A DNA stretch of 39,682 nucleotides from assembly GCF_003334335.1 (NCBI RefSeq), contig NZ_QOWQ01000040.1. One strand, written 5' to 3'. Shown here one piece after another: positions 19,901 to 30,624 of this stretch. Each line of letters starts with the position of its first letter. The first letter of the stretch is position 1. A program made the position numbers and the translations under genes. Source of the DNA: Escherichia coli. Its GTDB lineage: Bacteria > Pseudomonadota > Gammaproteobacteria > Enterobacterales > Enterobacteriaceae. The notes beneath the pieces were generated by a model. It had not been told where the DNA came from and ran no database searches. It worked only from the letters and a program-made list of their open reading frames with translations.

Positions 19901-21943
19901 ATGACGAATCCGTTACTGACTCCCTTTGAATTGCCTCCGTTTTCTAAAATTCTCCCGGAACATGTCGTTCCAGCCGTGACTAAGGCATTGAACGACTGCC
20001 GCGAAAACGTGGAGCGCGTAGTAGCGCAAGGGGCACCGTACACCTGGGAAAATCTCTGCCAGCCGCTGGCGGAAGTGGACGATGTGTTGGGGCGTATCTT
20101 CTCCCCGGTCAGCCACCTGAACTCGGTGAAAAATAGCCCGGAACTGCGTGAAGCCTACGAACAAACCCTGCCGCTGCTGTCGGAATACAGCACCTGGGTA
20201 GGGCAACATGAAGGGCTGTATAAAGCGTATCGCGACCTGCGCGATGGCGATCATTACGCCACGCTGAACACGGCGCAGAAGAAAGCGGTTGATAACGCAC
20301 TGCGCGACTTTGAACTCTCTGGCATAGGTCTGCCGAAAGAGAAACAGCAGCGTTACGGCGAAATTGCGACCCGTCTTTCTGAACTGGGCAACCAGTACAG
20401 CAACAACGTCCTCGATGCGACAATGGGCTGGACCAAACTCGTTACCGACGAAGCGGAGCTGGCGGGGATGCCAGAAAGCGCGCTGGCTGCGGCAAAAGCC
20501 CAGGCCGAAGCGAAAGAGCTGGAAGGTTATTTGCTGACGCTGGATATCCCAAGCTACTTGCCGGTAATGACCTACTGCGACAACCAGGCTCTGCGTGAAG
20601 AGATGTATCGCGCTTACAGCACCCGCGCCTCCGATCAAGGCCCAAACGCCGGTAAATGGGATAACAGCAAGGTGATGGAAGAGATCCTCGCGCTGCGTCA
20701 CGAACTGGCGCAACTGCTGGGCTTTGAAAACTACGCCTTTAAATCCCTTGCCACTAAAATGGCAGAAAACCCGCAGCAGGTGCTGGATTTCTTAACCGAT
20801 CTGGCAAAACGCGCGCGTCCACAAGGCGAAAAAGAGCTGGCGCAATTGCGTGCCTTTGCCAAAGCCGAATTTGGCGTCGATGAGTTGCAGCCGTGGGATA
20901 TCGCTTACTACAGCGAAAAACAAAAACAGCACCTCTACAGCATCAGTGACGAACAGCTGCGTCCGTACTTCCCGGAAAACAAAGCGGTTAACGGCCTGTT
21001 TGAAGTGGTTAAGCGTATTTACGGCATCACCGCTAAAGAGCGTAAAGATGTTGATGTCTGGCATCCGGATGTACGTTTCTTCGAACTGTATGACGAAAAT
21101 AACGAACTGCGCGGTAGCTTCTACCTCGATCTGTATGCCCGTGAAAACAAGCGCGGCGGGGCGTGGATGGATGACTGCGTAGGCCAGATGCGTAAAGCTG
21201 ATGGTTCTTTGCAAAAACCGGTCGCGTATTTGACTTGTAACTTCAACCGCCCGGTAAATGGTAAACCGGCGCTGTTCACTCACGACGAAGTGATCACCCT
21301 CTTCCACGAGTTCGGTCACGGCCTACACCATATGCTGACCCGCATCGAAACCGCTGGTGTTTCCGGTATCAGCGGTGTGCCGTGGGATGCGGTCGAACTG
21401 CCGAGTCAGTTTATGGAAAACTGGTGCTGGGAGCCGGAGGCGCTGGCGTTTATCTCTGGTCACTATGAAACCGGCGAACCGCTGCCGAAAGAGTTGCTGG
21501 ATAAAATGCTGGCGGCGAAGAACTACCAGGCGGCGCTGTTTATTCTGCGTCAGCTGGAGTTCGGCCTGTTTGATTTCCGCCTTCATGCCGAGTTCCGCCC
21601 GGATCAGGGGGCAAAAATCCTCGAAACTCTGGCAGAAATCAAGAAACTGGTTGCCGTGGTGCCATCTCCGTCCTGGGGCCGTTTCCCGCACGCTTTCAGC
21701 CATATTTTCGCCGGTGGTTATGCCGCAGGTTACTACAGCTACCTGTGGGCTGACGTACTGGCGGCAGATGCTTTCTCGCGCTTTGAGGAAGAGGGCATTT
21801 TCAACCGTGAAACCGGGCAGTCGTTCCTCGACAACATTCTGAGCCGTGGCGGTTCAGAAGAGCCGATGGATCTGTTCAAACGCTTCCGTGGTCGTGAACC
21901 GCAGCTGGATGCGATGCTGGAGCATTACGGCATTAAGGGCTGA
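19901..21943 (+). CDS. prlC: Oligopeptidase A (M3-family zinc metallopeptidase)
   Basis: The track ORF is trimmed to the Met giving the 680-aa protein [17 protein letters not shown]...; HEFGH zinc-binding motif present ([14 protein letters not shown]). Confidence 0.93.
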   Translation: MTNPLLTPFELPPFSKILPEHVVPAVTKALNDCRENVERVVAQGAPYTWENLCQPLAEVDDVLGRIFSPVSHLNSVKNSPELREAYEQTLPLLSEYSTWVGQHEGLYKAYRDLRDGDHYATLNTAQKKAVDNALRDFELSGIGLPKEKQQRYGEIATRLSELGNQYSNNVLDATMGWTKLVTDEAELAGMPESALAAAKAQAEAKELEGYLLTLDIPSYLPVMTYCDNQALREEMYRAYSTRASDQGPNAGKWDNSKVMEEILALRHELAQLLGFENYAFKSLATKMAENPQQVLDFLTDLAKRARPQGEKELAQLRAFAKAEFGVDELQPWDIAYYSEKQKQHLYSISDEQLRPYFPENKAVNGLFEVVKRIYGITAKERKDVDVWHPDVRFFELYDENNELRGSFYLDLYARENKRGGAWMDDCVGQMRKADGSLQKPVAYLTCNFNRPVNGKPALFTHDEVITLFHEFGHGLHHMLTRIETAGVSGISGVPWDAVELPSQFMENWCWEPEALAFISGHYETGEPLPKELLDKMLAAKNYQAALFILRQLEFGLFDFRLHAEFRPDQGAKILETLAEIKKLVAVVPSPSWGRFPHAFSHIFAGGYAAGYYSYLWADVLAADAFSRFEEEGIFNRETGQSFLDNILSRGGSEEPMDLFKRFRGREPQLDAMLEHYGIKG

Positions 21944-21950
21944 TCATTCA

Positions 21951-22703
21951 GTGAAAATCTGCTTAATTGATGAAACAGGCACCGGAGACGGTGCCTTATC
22001 TGTTCTGGCGGCCCGCTGGGGGCTGGAGCACGATGAAGACAACCTGATGGCGCTGGTGTTAACGCCGGAACATCTGGAATTGCGCAAGCGTGATGAGCCA
22101 AAACTTGGCGGCATCTTTGTTGATTTTGTTGGCGGAGCGATGGCGCACCGACGCAAATTCGGCGGTGGTCGCGGTGAGGCGGTGGCGAAAGCGGTGGGCA
22201 TTAAAGGCGATTATTTGCCGGATGTGGTGGATGCCACTGCAGGACTTGGGCGCGATGCCTTTGTACTGGCTTCAGTCGGCTGCCGCGTGCGGATGCTGGA
22301 GCGTAATCCAGTGGTTGCCGCGCTACTCGACGACGGCCTGGCGCGTGGTTATGCGGATGCGGAAATCGGCGGCTGGTTGCAGGAGCGGTTGCAGTTAATT
22401 CACGCCTCCAGCCTGACGGCGCTGACTGATATTACCCCGCGCCCGCAGGTGGTTTATCTCGACCCGATGTTCCCGCATAAGCAGAAAAGCGCGCTAGTGA
22501 AAAAAGAGATGCGTGTCTTTCAGTCGCTGGTGGGACCGGATCTTGATGCCGATGGATTACTGGAGCCTGCACGCTTGCTGGCGACCAAACGCGTGGTGGT
22601 AAAGCGCCCGGACTACGCGCCACCGCTGGCGAATGTCGCCACGCCAAACGCGGTAGTCACTAAAGGGCATCGCTTTGATATCTATGCAGGTACGCCAGTG
22701 TAA
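21951..22703 (+). CDS. rsmJ: 16S rRNA m2G1516 methyltransferase (GTG start)
   Basis: GTG at 21951, 8 nt after the prlC stop, gives the 250-aa protein (M)[23 protein letters not shown]..., matching remembered RsmJ (YhiQ). The track ORF overlaps prlC in another frame and is too long. Confidence 0.85.
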   Translation: MKICLIDETGTGDGALSVLAARWGLEHDEDNLMALVLTPEHLELRKRDEPKLGGIFVDFVGGAMAHRRKFGGGRGEAVAKAVGIKGDYLPDVVDATAGLGRDAFVLASVGCRVRMLERNPVVAALLDDGLARGYADAEIGGWLQERLQLIHASSLTALTDITPRPQVVYLDPMFPHKQKSALVKKEMRVFQSLVGPDLDADGLLEPARLLATKRVVVKRPDYAPPLANVATPNAVVTKGHRFDIYAGTPV

Positions 22704-22707
22704 AACT

Positions 22708-22742
22708 AAAACAGGGTAGCGATAACGCTACCCTGCTTTCTG
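22708..22742. terminator. Bidirectional terminator between convergent rsmJ and dtpB
   Basis: Stem cagggtagcg / cgctaccctg (22712-22721 and 22726-22735) with loop ataa, flanked by AAAA on one side and CTTTCTG on the other. Confidence 0.5.
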
Positions 22743-22751
22743 CAAGAATAA

Positions 22752-24221
22752 TTAATGGCTTTCCGGCGTCGCAATCATGCGTTTCAGCCACGGCACCATC
22801 AACAGCATCACTACTGCAACGCCCAGCGTGACCAGACCAATCTTACCAAACACGTTGGTATAGACGGGCAACGTCTCAAGCGGATCGGTAATGTTGTCCG
22901 GCACCGCGGTAAATGTTGCCACATAGCCGCCCAGCAAGAACGCGGCAGCCTGCGTCAGGAACCACATCCCGAGAATAAAGCCCATCAAATGCTGCGGCAC
23001 CAGGGCAGCAATCATCGCCAGGCCAAGGGCGCTAATAAACAGTTCACCTAAGCTCTGGAATAAGTACACCAGCACGATAAACCATGGCGATGTCAGCCCT
23101 TGTGCATCCGCAAACCACATTCCCGCAGCTGCCGCCGTCAAAAAGCCCAGTGAGCACATAAACATGCCGAGAGTAAATTTCATCGGCATCGAGAGGTCTT
23201 TGCCTTTGTTACCCAGATGCGTGTAAATGCCTGCCAGTATTGGGCTGGCGAGTACCACCCAGAACGGGTTAAGCGCCTGGAAGCTGACCGGGTTGATGGA
23301 AAAACCGAGAATTTCATGATGCACGTTGTTGATGGCAAAGAAGTTCAGCGATGTTGGCATCTGGGCGTAGAGAATGTAAAACACCACCGCTTCGAGCATC
23401 AGGACAAAGGCGACAAACATTTTATTGCGCCCGGTTTTATCCAGCTTGAATGCCTGACGAAAGAAGATGATGGTGACGACGATGGAGAGAACAATCAGCA
23501 CCAGATTGGCGACTTCTACGTTGTGCATCAGCCATGCGCATACGAAGATCATCACCACGCTGCCAAGTAACACGTACAACAGTTTGCTGAAGCTCATTGG
23601 CCGGAAGTCGGGTTCAGAACCAATGTCTTTCACCATTCCACGACAGGCGATGTAAACCAGTAATGCGATAATTAACCCCGCCCCGCACAGGTTGTAGGTG
23701 ACTGAATAACCGAATCTATCAGCGATCACAGGGGCCAGCGATAACGCTATCAACGAGCCGATGTTGATCGACATATAGAACAGGGTGAATGCGCCATCAA
23801 GCCGCGGATCTTTCGGCGGATAGCACTTCGAAAGCAAGCTGGCTGGGTTAGCTTTAAACAGGCCGTTACCGACAGCGATAGTCCCCAGGGCGATGAAAAT
23901 CAGGTCAGGCTTAAGTAGCGACATGCCGGTCATGAAGTAGCCAATCGCCAGCACAAGTGCTCCAAGAACAATGGTGCGTTTGGTCCCCAGCAGGTGGTCG
24001 CCGACATAGCCGCCAATGGAAATGAGGCCATAGACCAGCGCAGCAAAAGCACCAAAAGTGACAAAAGCCTGCTCTTGCGAGAATCCAAGCTGTTTAACGA
24101 AGAAAACCGCCAGTACGCCCTGCACGCCGTAGTAGCCGAATCGCTCCCATAACTCGACAAAAAAGATCATGAAAAATGGGCGAGGTTGCTGCAGCATCCC
24201 CATGGGTGTTGTTGTATTCAT
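22752..24221 (-). CDS. dtpB: Proton-dependent di-/tripeptide transporter (POT/PTR2 family)
   Basis: 489-aa polytopic membrane ORF ([32 protein letters not shown]...); the ExxERFxYYG signature is typical of POT transporters; matches remembered DtpB (YhiP). Confidence 0.93.
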
Positions 24222-24480
24222 ATTTATTAACCTTCCAATACCATCCTGAAAAGTATGAACGCGTAAGGGATAACGCGCGAAAAAGTTTACATCTGTCAGA
24301 GATTCTTAATATTGATGCGGTGAATAGATTAATACACTATTACAACAGAAAATAACCAGATGATCACACTAATGATGGAAAATATGATGGTGTTAAATGT
24401 TGTATTGGCTGGGGATTTTGATTGCGTACGCAGACCGTAGGCCAGATAAGGTGTTTACGCTGATCAGGTAACAAGGCGCG

Positions 24481-24512
24481 CCAAAAAGCAAAACGCCCGC
24501 ATATGCGGGCGT
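24481..24512 (-). terminator. Intrinsic terminator of uspA
   Basis: On the minus strand the palindrome cgcccgcatatgcgggcg (24494-24511) is followed by TTTTGCTTTTT, about 25 nt after the uspA stop. Confidence 0.55.
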
Positions 24513-24537
24513 TCAGGAACACGTCGTAGAGGGAAGA

Positions 24538-24972
24538 TTATTCTTCTTCGTCGCGCAGCGGAACAATCAGCATATCAACGTGAACGGTGTTGATCAGCTG
24601 ACGTGCGGAAGACATCAGTTTGCTCCAGAAGTCCTGGTGGTGACCACAAACCACCAAATCCATATCGTATTTCTTGATTGCATCGACCAGAACCTGGCCC
24701 AGGTCGCCGCTGCCGCTCAGGGTTTCAGTGATTGGGTAGCCTGCATTAGTGGAAAGCTCGGTCAGTGCATGATGTGTCTCTTCAGAGATGCGTTTCTGCA
24801 TATCACCCAGATTCACATCAATAAGCCCGGTGTATAGGTCAGAGTAGTTTACATCTACGTGGATCAGAGAAACTTTCGCATTGTAGGGGCGAGCCATAGA
24901 GACTGCTTTCTCTACCAGAACTTTGCTTTCCGGGGAGAGGTCGACCGCGATGAGAATGTGTTTATAAGCCAT
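24538..24972 (-). CDS. uspA: Universal stress protein A
   Basis: 144-aa ORF ([47 protein letters not shown]...), a UspA-family fold. Confidence 0.95.
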
Positions 24973-25362
24973 AGTGTTACTCCTTCCATAAAGTTGTCGA
25001 TGACTGGCCAGCTAGCGTTTCTTGTGCCGTTACGTCACCCGCGTCCTGCGAACTACGTGCGCGGGGCTAACCCAGCCGTAAAGATTCAGTGTTAAGACCA
25101 TCCTTACCTTATAGCGACCCGGATGATCCGTCAATCCGCCTTGCTTACTCGTTAGATAAACAAATTTTCGACATGAATATATTGATAGTGGTTAACCTTC
25201 TGGAAAAAAAACAACCTGATCTCCTACACTATCTATAGAGCCGCTCGTATGTTGGTCACCACAAAAGCGGTTTCTCCAGGACCTGGTGTTAACTGATTGG
25301 CAGCGTATCGGGAGCGGTAGCCCCGGGGTGGAACTCCGCGGGCAGGTCGCCGGGGAGGAGGT

Positions 25363-25698
25363 ATGATAAGCACCGTCGCATTATTTTGGGCTTTATGTGT
25401 CGTTTGCATTGTTAACATGGCGCGCTATTTCTCATCACTACGCGCGTTGTTAGTGGTACTGCGTAACTGCGATCCATTGCTCTATCAATATGTTGATGGA
25501 GGGGGCTTTTTTACCTCACATGGCCAACCCAACAAACAGGTGCGTCTCGTTTGGTATATCTATGCCCAACGTTATCGCGATCATCACGATGATGAATTTA
25601 TTCGCCGCTGTGAGCGGGTGCGTCGGCAGTTTATTCTGACCAGCGCATTGTGTGGTCTGGTGGTGGTCAGCCTGATTGCATTGATGATTTGGCATTAA
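25363..25698 (+). CDS. uspB: Universal stress protein B (small inner membrane protein)
   Basis: 111-aa ORF with two hydrophobic segments ([23 protein letters not shown]...); GGAGGAGG Shine-Dalgarno; divergent from uspA. Confidence 0.93.
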
Positions 25699-25776
25699 GC
25701 ACTTCAGCAATAATAACGCATAAAAAAAGCGGGCCAGTAAACTGACCCGCTCGAGACTGATTACAAACGCAAAATT

Positions 25777-25877
25777 GCCTGATGCGCTACGCTTATCAGG
25801 CCTACATAATCTCTGCAATCTATTGAATTTGCATGTTTTTGTAGGCCGGATAAGGCGTTCACGCCGCATCCGGCATG
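25777..25877. repeat. REP pair / BIME between uspB and pitA
   Basis: gcctgatgcgctacgcttatcaggcctac and gtaggccggataaggcgttcacgccgcatccggcatg are REP units in opposed orientation. They are flanked by two gcgggccag...ctgacccgc hairpins at about 25729-25752 and 25906-25926, each with a T-run on one strand. Confidence 0.6.
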
Positions 25878-25941
25878 AACAAAGCGCACTATGTCACAAT
25901 CTGAAGCGGGCCAGCTGACCCGCTCGTTTTGGTGCGTACGA

Positions 25942-27441
25942 TTACAGGAACTGCAAGGAGAGCCAGTACAGCCCGCCGGAAAGCAGTACCGCAGCCGGAA
26001 GGGTAAACACCCAGGCCATCAGAATGCTGGTCACGGTTTTACGCTGTAAGCCGCCACCATCTACCACCATCGTCCCCGCGACAGAAGAGGAGAGTACGTG
26101 AGTAGTGGAAACCGGCATCCCGGTATAACTCGCCAGGCCGATAGACACTGCCGCCGTCATCTGGGCAGACATCCCCTGAGCGTAGGTCATGCCTTTCTTA
26201 CCGATTTTCTCACCGATAGTCGTTGCCACACGGCGCCAGCCAATCATCGTACCGATACCTAACGCCAGCGCGACCGCCATGATGATCCACACCGGTGCAT
26301 ACTCGATGGTGCTAAGCATGTCGGACTTCAGTTTCTTCAACAGGCGCTGATCGTCAGCACTCACGCCAGGCATCTTCACCACTTTGTCGATAGTGTCAGA
26401 AACGCACAGCATAATGCGGCGCATCTGGCTACGTTGATCAAGCGACAGCTTGTCGTAGCTTTCCACATCGGTGGTCAACATACCTTTCAGGCGGTTGAGC
26501 GCGTTAATGGTATTCGACGGATGGCAGTGGAACTCCGCAGGTTGCGTTGCGCCAGCTTCCGGAGCCGGTACTAACTGATCAGCACCGGTAGCCTGTTTGA
26601 GCAGCGCAGGATGCTGCTCAAAGTAAGCTTCGACGTTGTTGATGGCATCACGGGTACGGGTGATTTCGTAGCCAGTGGCATTCATGTTCACCACGAAGCC
26701 TGCTGGCGCGACGCCAATCAATACCAACATAACCAGACCAATGCCTTTCTGACCATCGTTCGCGCCGTGCGAAAACGCCACGCCGATAGCGGAAAGGATC
26801 AGCGCAATACGCGTCCAGAACGGCGGCTTTTTCTTGCCGTCTTTCTTTTCACGCTCCGCTGGGGTCAGGTGGATACGGGCGCGTTTCTTGGTGCCGCTCC
26901 AGTAGCGACGCAGCAAGAAAATCAGACCGCCAGCAAACACCAGGCCGACAATAGGGGAAACGATCAGAGAACCGAAAATACTTAATACTTTCGGGATATT
27001 GAGTGCATCCACCACTGACGTCCCGGTCATCAACGCATTGGTTAAACCAATCCCGATGATCGCGCCAATCAGCGTATGAGAGCTGGATGCAGGTAAACCA
27101 AAGTACCAGGTACCCAGGTTCCAGATAATCGCCGCCAGCAACATAGAGAACACCATGGCAAGGCCATGAGACGATCCCATATTAAGCAGCAGATCCGTCG
27201 GCAGCATATGCACAATGGCATAGGCAACACTCAGACCACCCAGCAAAACACCCAAAAAGTTGAATACCGCCGCCATAACCACGGCGAGCTGAGAACGCAT
27301 CGCGCGGGTATAGATAACGGTTGCCACGGCGTTGGCTGTGTCATGGAAACCATTGATGGCTTCGTAGAACAGCACAAAAGCCAGTGCAAGCAATAATAAC
27401 AGCCCGGTATGCAAATCCAGGCCAGCAAACAAATGTAGCAT
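25942..27441 (-). CDS. pitA: Low-affinity inorganic phosphate / metal-phosphate transporter (PiT family)
   Basis: 499-aa polytopic membrane ORF ([45 protein letters not shown]...) carrying the PiT signature GxNDxxN/GANDGQKG. Confidence 0.95.
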
Positions 27442-27672
27442 AGGACGTTACGCCATTTTGAGGACATGAACGCGGCGCATTATCAGTGACTTTCGCGGCG
27501 CGGGCAAAGTGAAATATAGACTTTTTTTGATTTGCCCCCTGTATGGATTTCACTCAAAAAATAATTATCTTATATAATTCAGGCAAATACTTCCTTTTAG
27601 TAATATTGATGCTGGTGCGACCACTGAGGAATCTTTACAATTCACGCCCGTTTTTTCTAAGAGGAGCGCAAC

Positions 27673-28875
27673 GTGGAAAGGTTTGATGCCATTATTATAG
27701 GCGCTGGTGCGGCGGGTATGTTCTGTTCTGCGCTGGCAGGTCAGGCAGGACGCCGGGTTCTGCTGATCGATAATGGTAAAAAACCAGGGCGCAAAATCCT
27801 TATGTCTGGCGGTGGGCGCTGCAACTTTACCAACCTTTATGTCGAACCAGGCGCTTATCTGAGCCAGAATCCGCATTTTTGTAAGTCTGCACTCGCACGT
27901 TTTACCCAGTGGGATTTCATTGATCTGGTCAATAAACACGGCATCGCCTGGCACGAGAAAACGTTAGGGCAACTCTTCTGCGATGACTCCGCGCAGCAGA
28001 TTGTCGACATGCTGGTGGATGAGTGCGAGAAGGGCAATGTGACCTTCAGATTGCGTAGCGAAGTGCTGAGTGTGGCGAAGGATGAAACAGGCTTCACGCT
28101 TGATCTGAACGGCATGACTGTCGGTTGCGAAAAGCTGGTCATCGCGACTGGTGGGCTGTCAATGCCGGGGCTGGGCGCGTCGCCGTTTGGTTATAAGATT
28201 GCCGAACAATTTGGCCTCAACGTGCTGCCGACCCGCGCGGGTCTGGTGCCATTCACTCTGCATAAACCGTTGCTCGAAGAGTTACAGGTGCTGGCGGGCG
28301 TGGCGGTGCCTTCCGTGATTACCGCTGAAAACGGCACCGTTTTCCGTGAGAACTTACTCTTCACCCACCGCGGCTTGTCTGGACCGGCGGTGTTGCAGAT
28401 TTCAAGCTACTGGCAACCGGGGGAATTTGTCAGCATCAATCTGCTACCGGATGTGGACCTCGAAACCTTCCTGAATGAGCAGCGTAACGCACATCCGAAT
28501 CAAAGCCTGAAAAACACACTGGCGGTTCATCTACCGAAGCGGTTGGTTGAACGCTTACAGCAACTCGGGCAAATCCCGGATGTTTCGCTAAAACAGCTCA
28601 ACGTGCGTGACCAACAGGCACTGATTAGCACATTGACCGACTGGCGCGTACAACCCAACGGCACTGAAGGCTATCGCACTGCCGAAGTGACGCTCGGCGG
28701 CGTGGACACCAACGAACTCTCTTCACGGACGATGGAAGCGCGCAAAGTGCCTGGGCTGTACTTCATCGGCGAAGTGATGGACGTCACCGGCTGGCTGGGG
28801 GGCTATAACTTCCAGTGGGCGTGGTCGAGTGCGTGGGCTTGTGCGCAGGATTTGATTGCAGCAAAGTCGTCCTGA
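27673..28875 (+). CDS. yhiN: Predicted FAD-dependent oxidoreductase (HI0933-like family), GTG start
   Basis: 400-aa ORF starting at GTG 27673 preceded by GAGGAG; N-terminal Rossmann dinucleotide motif IIGAGAAG; matches remembered YhiN. Confidence 0.88.
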   Translation: MERFDAIIIGAGAAGMFCSALAGQAGRRVLLIDNGKKPGRKILMSGGGRCNFTNLYVEPGAYLSQNPHFCKSALARFTQWDFIDLVNKHGIAWHEKTLGQLFCDDSAQQIVDMLVDECEKGNVTFRLRSEVLSVAKDETGFTLDLNGMTVGCEKLVIATGGLSMPGLGASPFGYKIAEQFGLNVLPTRAGLVPFTLHKPLLEELQVLAGVAVPSVITAENGTVFRENLLFTHRGLSGPAVLQISSYWQPGEFVSINLLPDVDLETFLNEQRNAHPNQSLKNTLAVHLPKRLVERLQQLGQIPDVSLKQLNVRDQQALISTLTDWRVQPNGTEGYRTAEVTLGGVDTNELSSRTMEARKVPGLYFIGEVMDVTGWLGGYNFQWAWSSAWACAQDLIAAKSS

Positions 28876-29136
28876 CCTATTTCCTAAAGATGAAAATTAT
28901 TAGAGTCGCATTAAAAATGAGCTAATTTTGATAGTGGTTATCTTGTGATTATTTTCTAATGAGCCCGTGAACTGAAACCCTCCATGCTTAATATAAGGTG
29001 GATGGAAAGGTGATTGAAAACTCACCCAGTGGCCAGATCTTTATGAAATATGAACAGGTTGAAAAAAACAGTAACTTTGCTGTTTTTTATACTTAACCAC
29101 TATGCATTAATGCTGCGTTATTTCATGATGCCTAAG

Positions 29137-29174
29137 AAAAACCAGCGTTACGCAAATGGTCAACGCTGGTTTTA
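29137..29174. terminator. Bidirectional terminator downstream of yhiM
   Basis: AAAA-accagcgtt...aacgctggt-TTTT hairpin about 16 nt after the yhiM stop. A second A7-stem-T6 hairpin at 29062-29088 may serve yhiN. Confidence 0.45.
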
Positions 29175-29189
29175 TCCGGTACGTTGCAA

Positions 29190-30242
29190 TTATTTTTTAG
29201 CAGAACCCGCTTCTAATATTGAAACGATTGAGAACAACGTAAAGCATACCGCTCCCAAACCGACCAGAACTCGCGAAGGAATAAAATATCCCATGTCGGT
29301 CTGCGCCATTTCCGCAAGAAACGATGCCAGGAAAAGGCAAAACAGGCAGGTGAAGACGGGAATCATCGGTATTCTGTTGGCTAACGAACAGGTACGTCTC
29401 CATACCAGTGCCAGTAGCCAGACTTTTGAGAATATGCTGTAACAGATCATTCCGAGGCAAATAAGAATAATGCCGGGAGCCAGTCGGGCGCTTGCATCGG
29501 AACTGACTAAGACGTATATCCCCTGCAGTACCGTGATTGAGCCGAGAAAAATAACCCAATAACACCACAGCCAGTGTTCTTTAGTTGAAAACGTATTACG
29601 TGTTTGATGGACAATTGTGGCAACAAGGCCAATTAGACAGGCACAGATTGCGGTTAACCCAAGCAATACGTGACCCGCGACATAATGCGGAGTTATGTCA
29701 GCACTACGTAACAGCGTAATAGACCAAATGAAACCGAGCAGGGTGAGTAAAACGGGAACGGCAATGAGGCAGTTACCGATTAATGAAGAATAAGCCTGTA
29801 CCGGTGTTCCGTCGCTCTTGCTCCCCGCTGCATTTTTGGGAATGAGCAGAAAGTGACCGGATGACGCTGCCACCGTCGATACACAGGCGGCAATCATACC
29901 AACGCCGAAAATAACATGGCCGGCGACAAACTCGTCTGCCATCACATCATTGCCTGCTAACAGTGCCCAACCCCATATCATGGTGATAATTGACCCCGCA
30001 TAGCCAATAATGGGGAACAATGTATTGTAAAACGTATTAACGCCGCGCGTGAGCTGCGAAATGATAATAAATGCGGTAGTGAATAATGCCAGGCATATGG
30101 CCGCCAGAGAAATCAGCACATGACCCGCGACGAAATACTCGCTTTGCCCTGAACTTTCCAGCACAAAGCCACCTAACGCGATACAAATTAAGCCCATAAT
30201 CAAAGGGATTAATTTGAAAAGCCACCCGATATATATGTTCAC
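29190..30242 (-). CDS. yhiM: Inner membrane protein implicated in acid and stress tolerance (GTG start)
   Basis: The track ORF is trimmed to GTG at 30240-30242 (GAGGAG Shine-Dalgarno upstream), giving the 350-aa protein (M)NIYIGWLFKLIPLIMGLICIALGG... with repeated VAGHV membrane segments; matches remembered YhiM. Confidence 0.82.
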   Translation of the reverse strand: MNIYIGWLFKLIPLIMGLICIALGGFVLESSGQSEYFVAGHVLISLAAICLALFTTAFIIISQLTRGVNTFYNTLFPIIGYAGSIITMIWGWALLAGNDVMADEFVAGHVIFGVGMIAACVSTVAASSGHFLLIPKNAAGSKSDGTPVQAYSSLIGNCLIAVPVLLTLLGFIWSITLLRSADITPHYVAGHVLLGLTAICACLIGLVATIVHQTRNTFSTKEHWLWCYWVIFLGSITVLQGIYVLVSSDASARLAPGIILICLGMICYSIFSKVWLLALVWRRTCSLANRIPMIPVFTCLFCLFLASFLAEMAQTDMGYFIPSRVLVGLGAVCFTLFSIVSILEAGSAKK

Positions 30243-30624
30243 TTTAAACTCCTCAGGTATCCCTGCTAATATTGAAATATGCATTAATGATAATTTCATC
30301 CTGTTAATATAATGACGAGATATCATTAAAGACAAATGCATAGCATAACTATAGCGGGGTTTACTTTGCAGAGCGCTACTTTTCAGCGTTCAAAAGGCCA
30401 TGATAAATAAAAATTTATCCTAAGATTAATTCTTATGCTGTTGTTTTTTACAATTATCTTCCAGGGAGGGATTATTCTTCATTATTTGGTAAAAGACCGG
30501 ATAGTCTCGGTGCTTAAAATCAGCGAACATATAAGTATTATTATTTTATATCGTCGTAAATCTGTTTTTCAGACAAGTATCATTTATTTTGTTACAAACA
30601 ATTCAAAAATATCACAGGTTATTT

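Noticed and set aside
19913..20713. 266-aa minus-strand ORF, with nested ORFs at 20109-20423, 20442-20645, 20792-21319 and 21323-21703
   Set aside because: All are antisense to or frame-shifted within prlC; translations are Arg/Cys/Gln-rich with no recognisable family.
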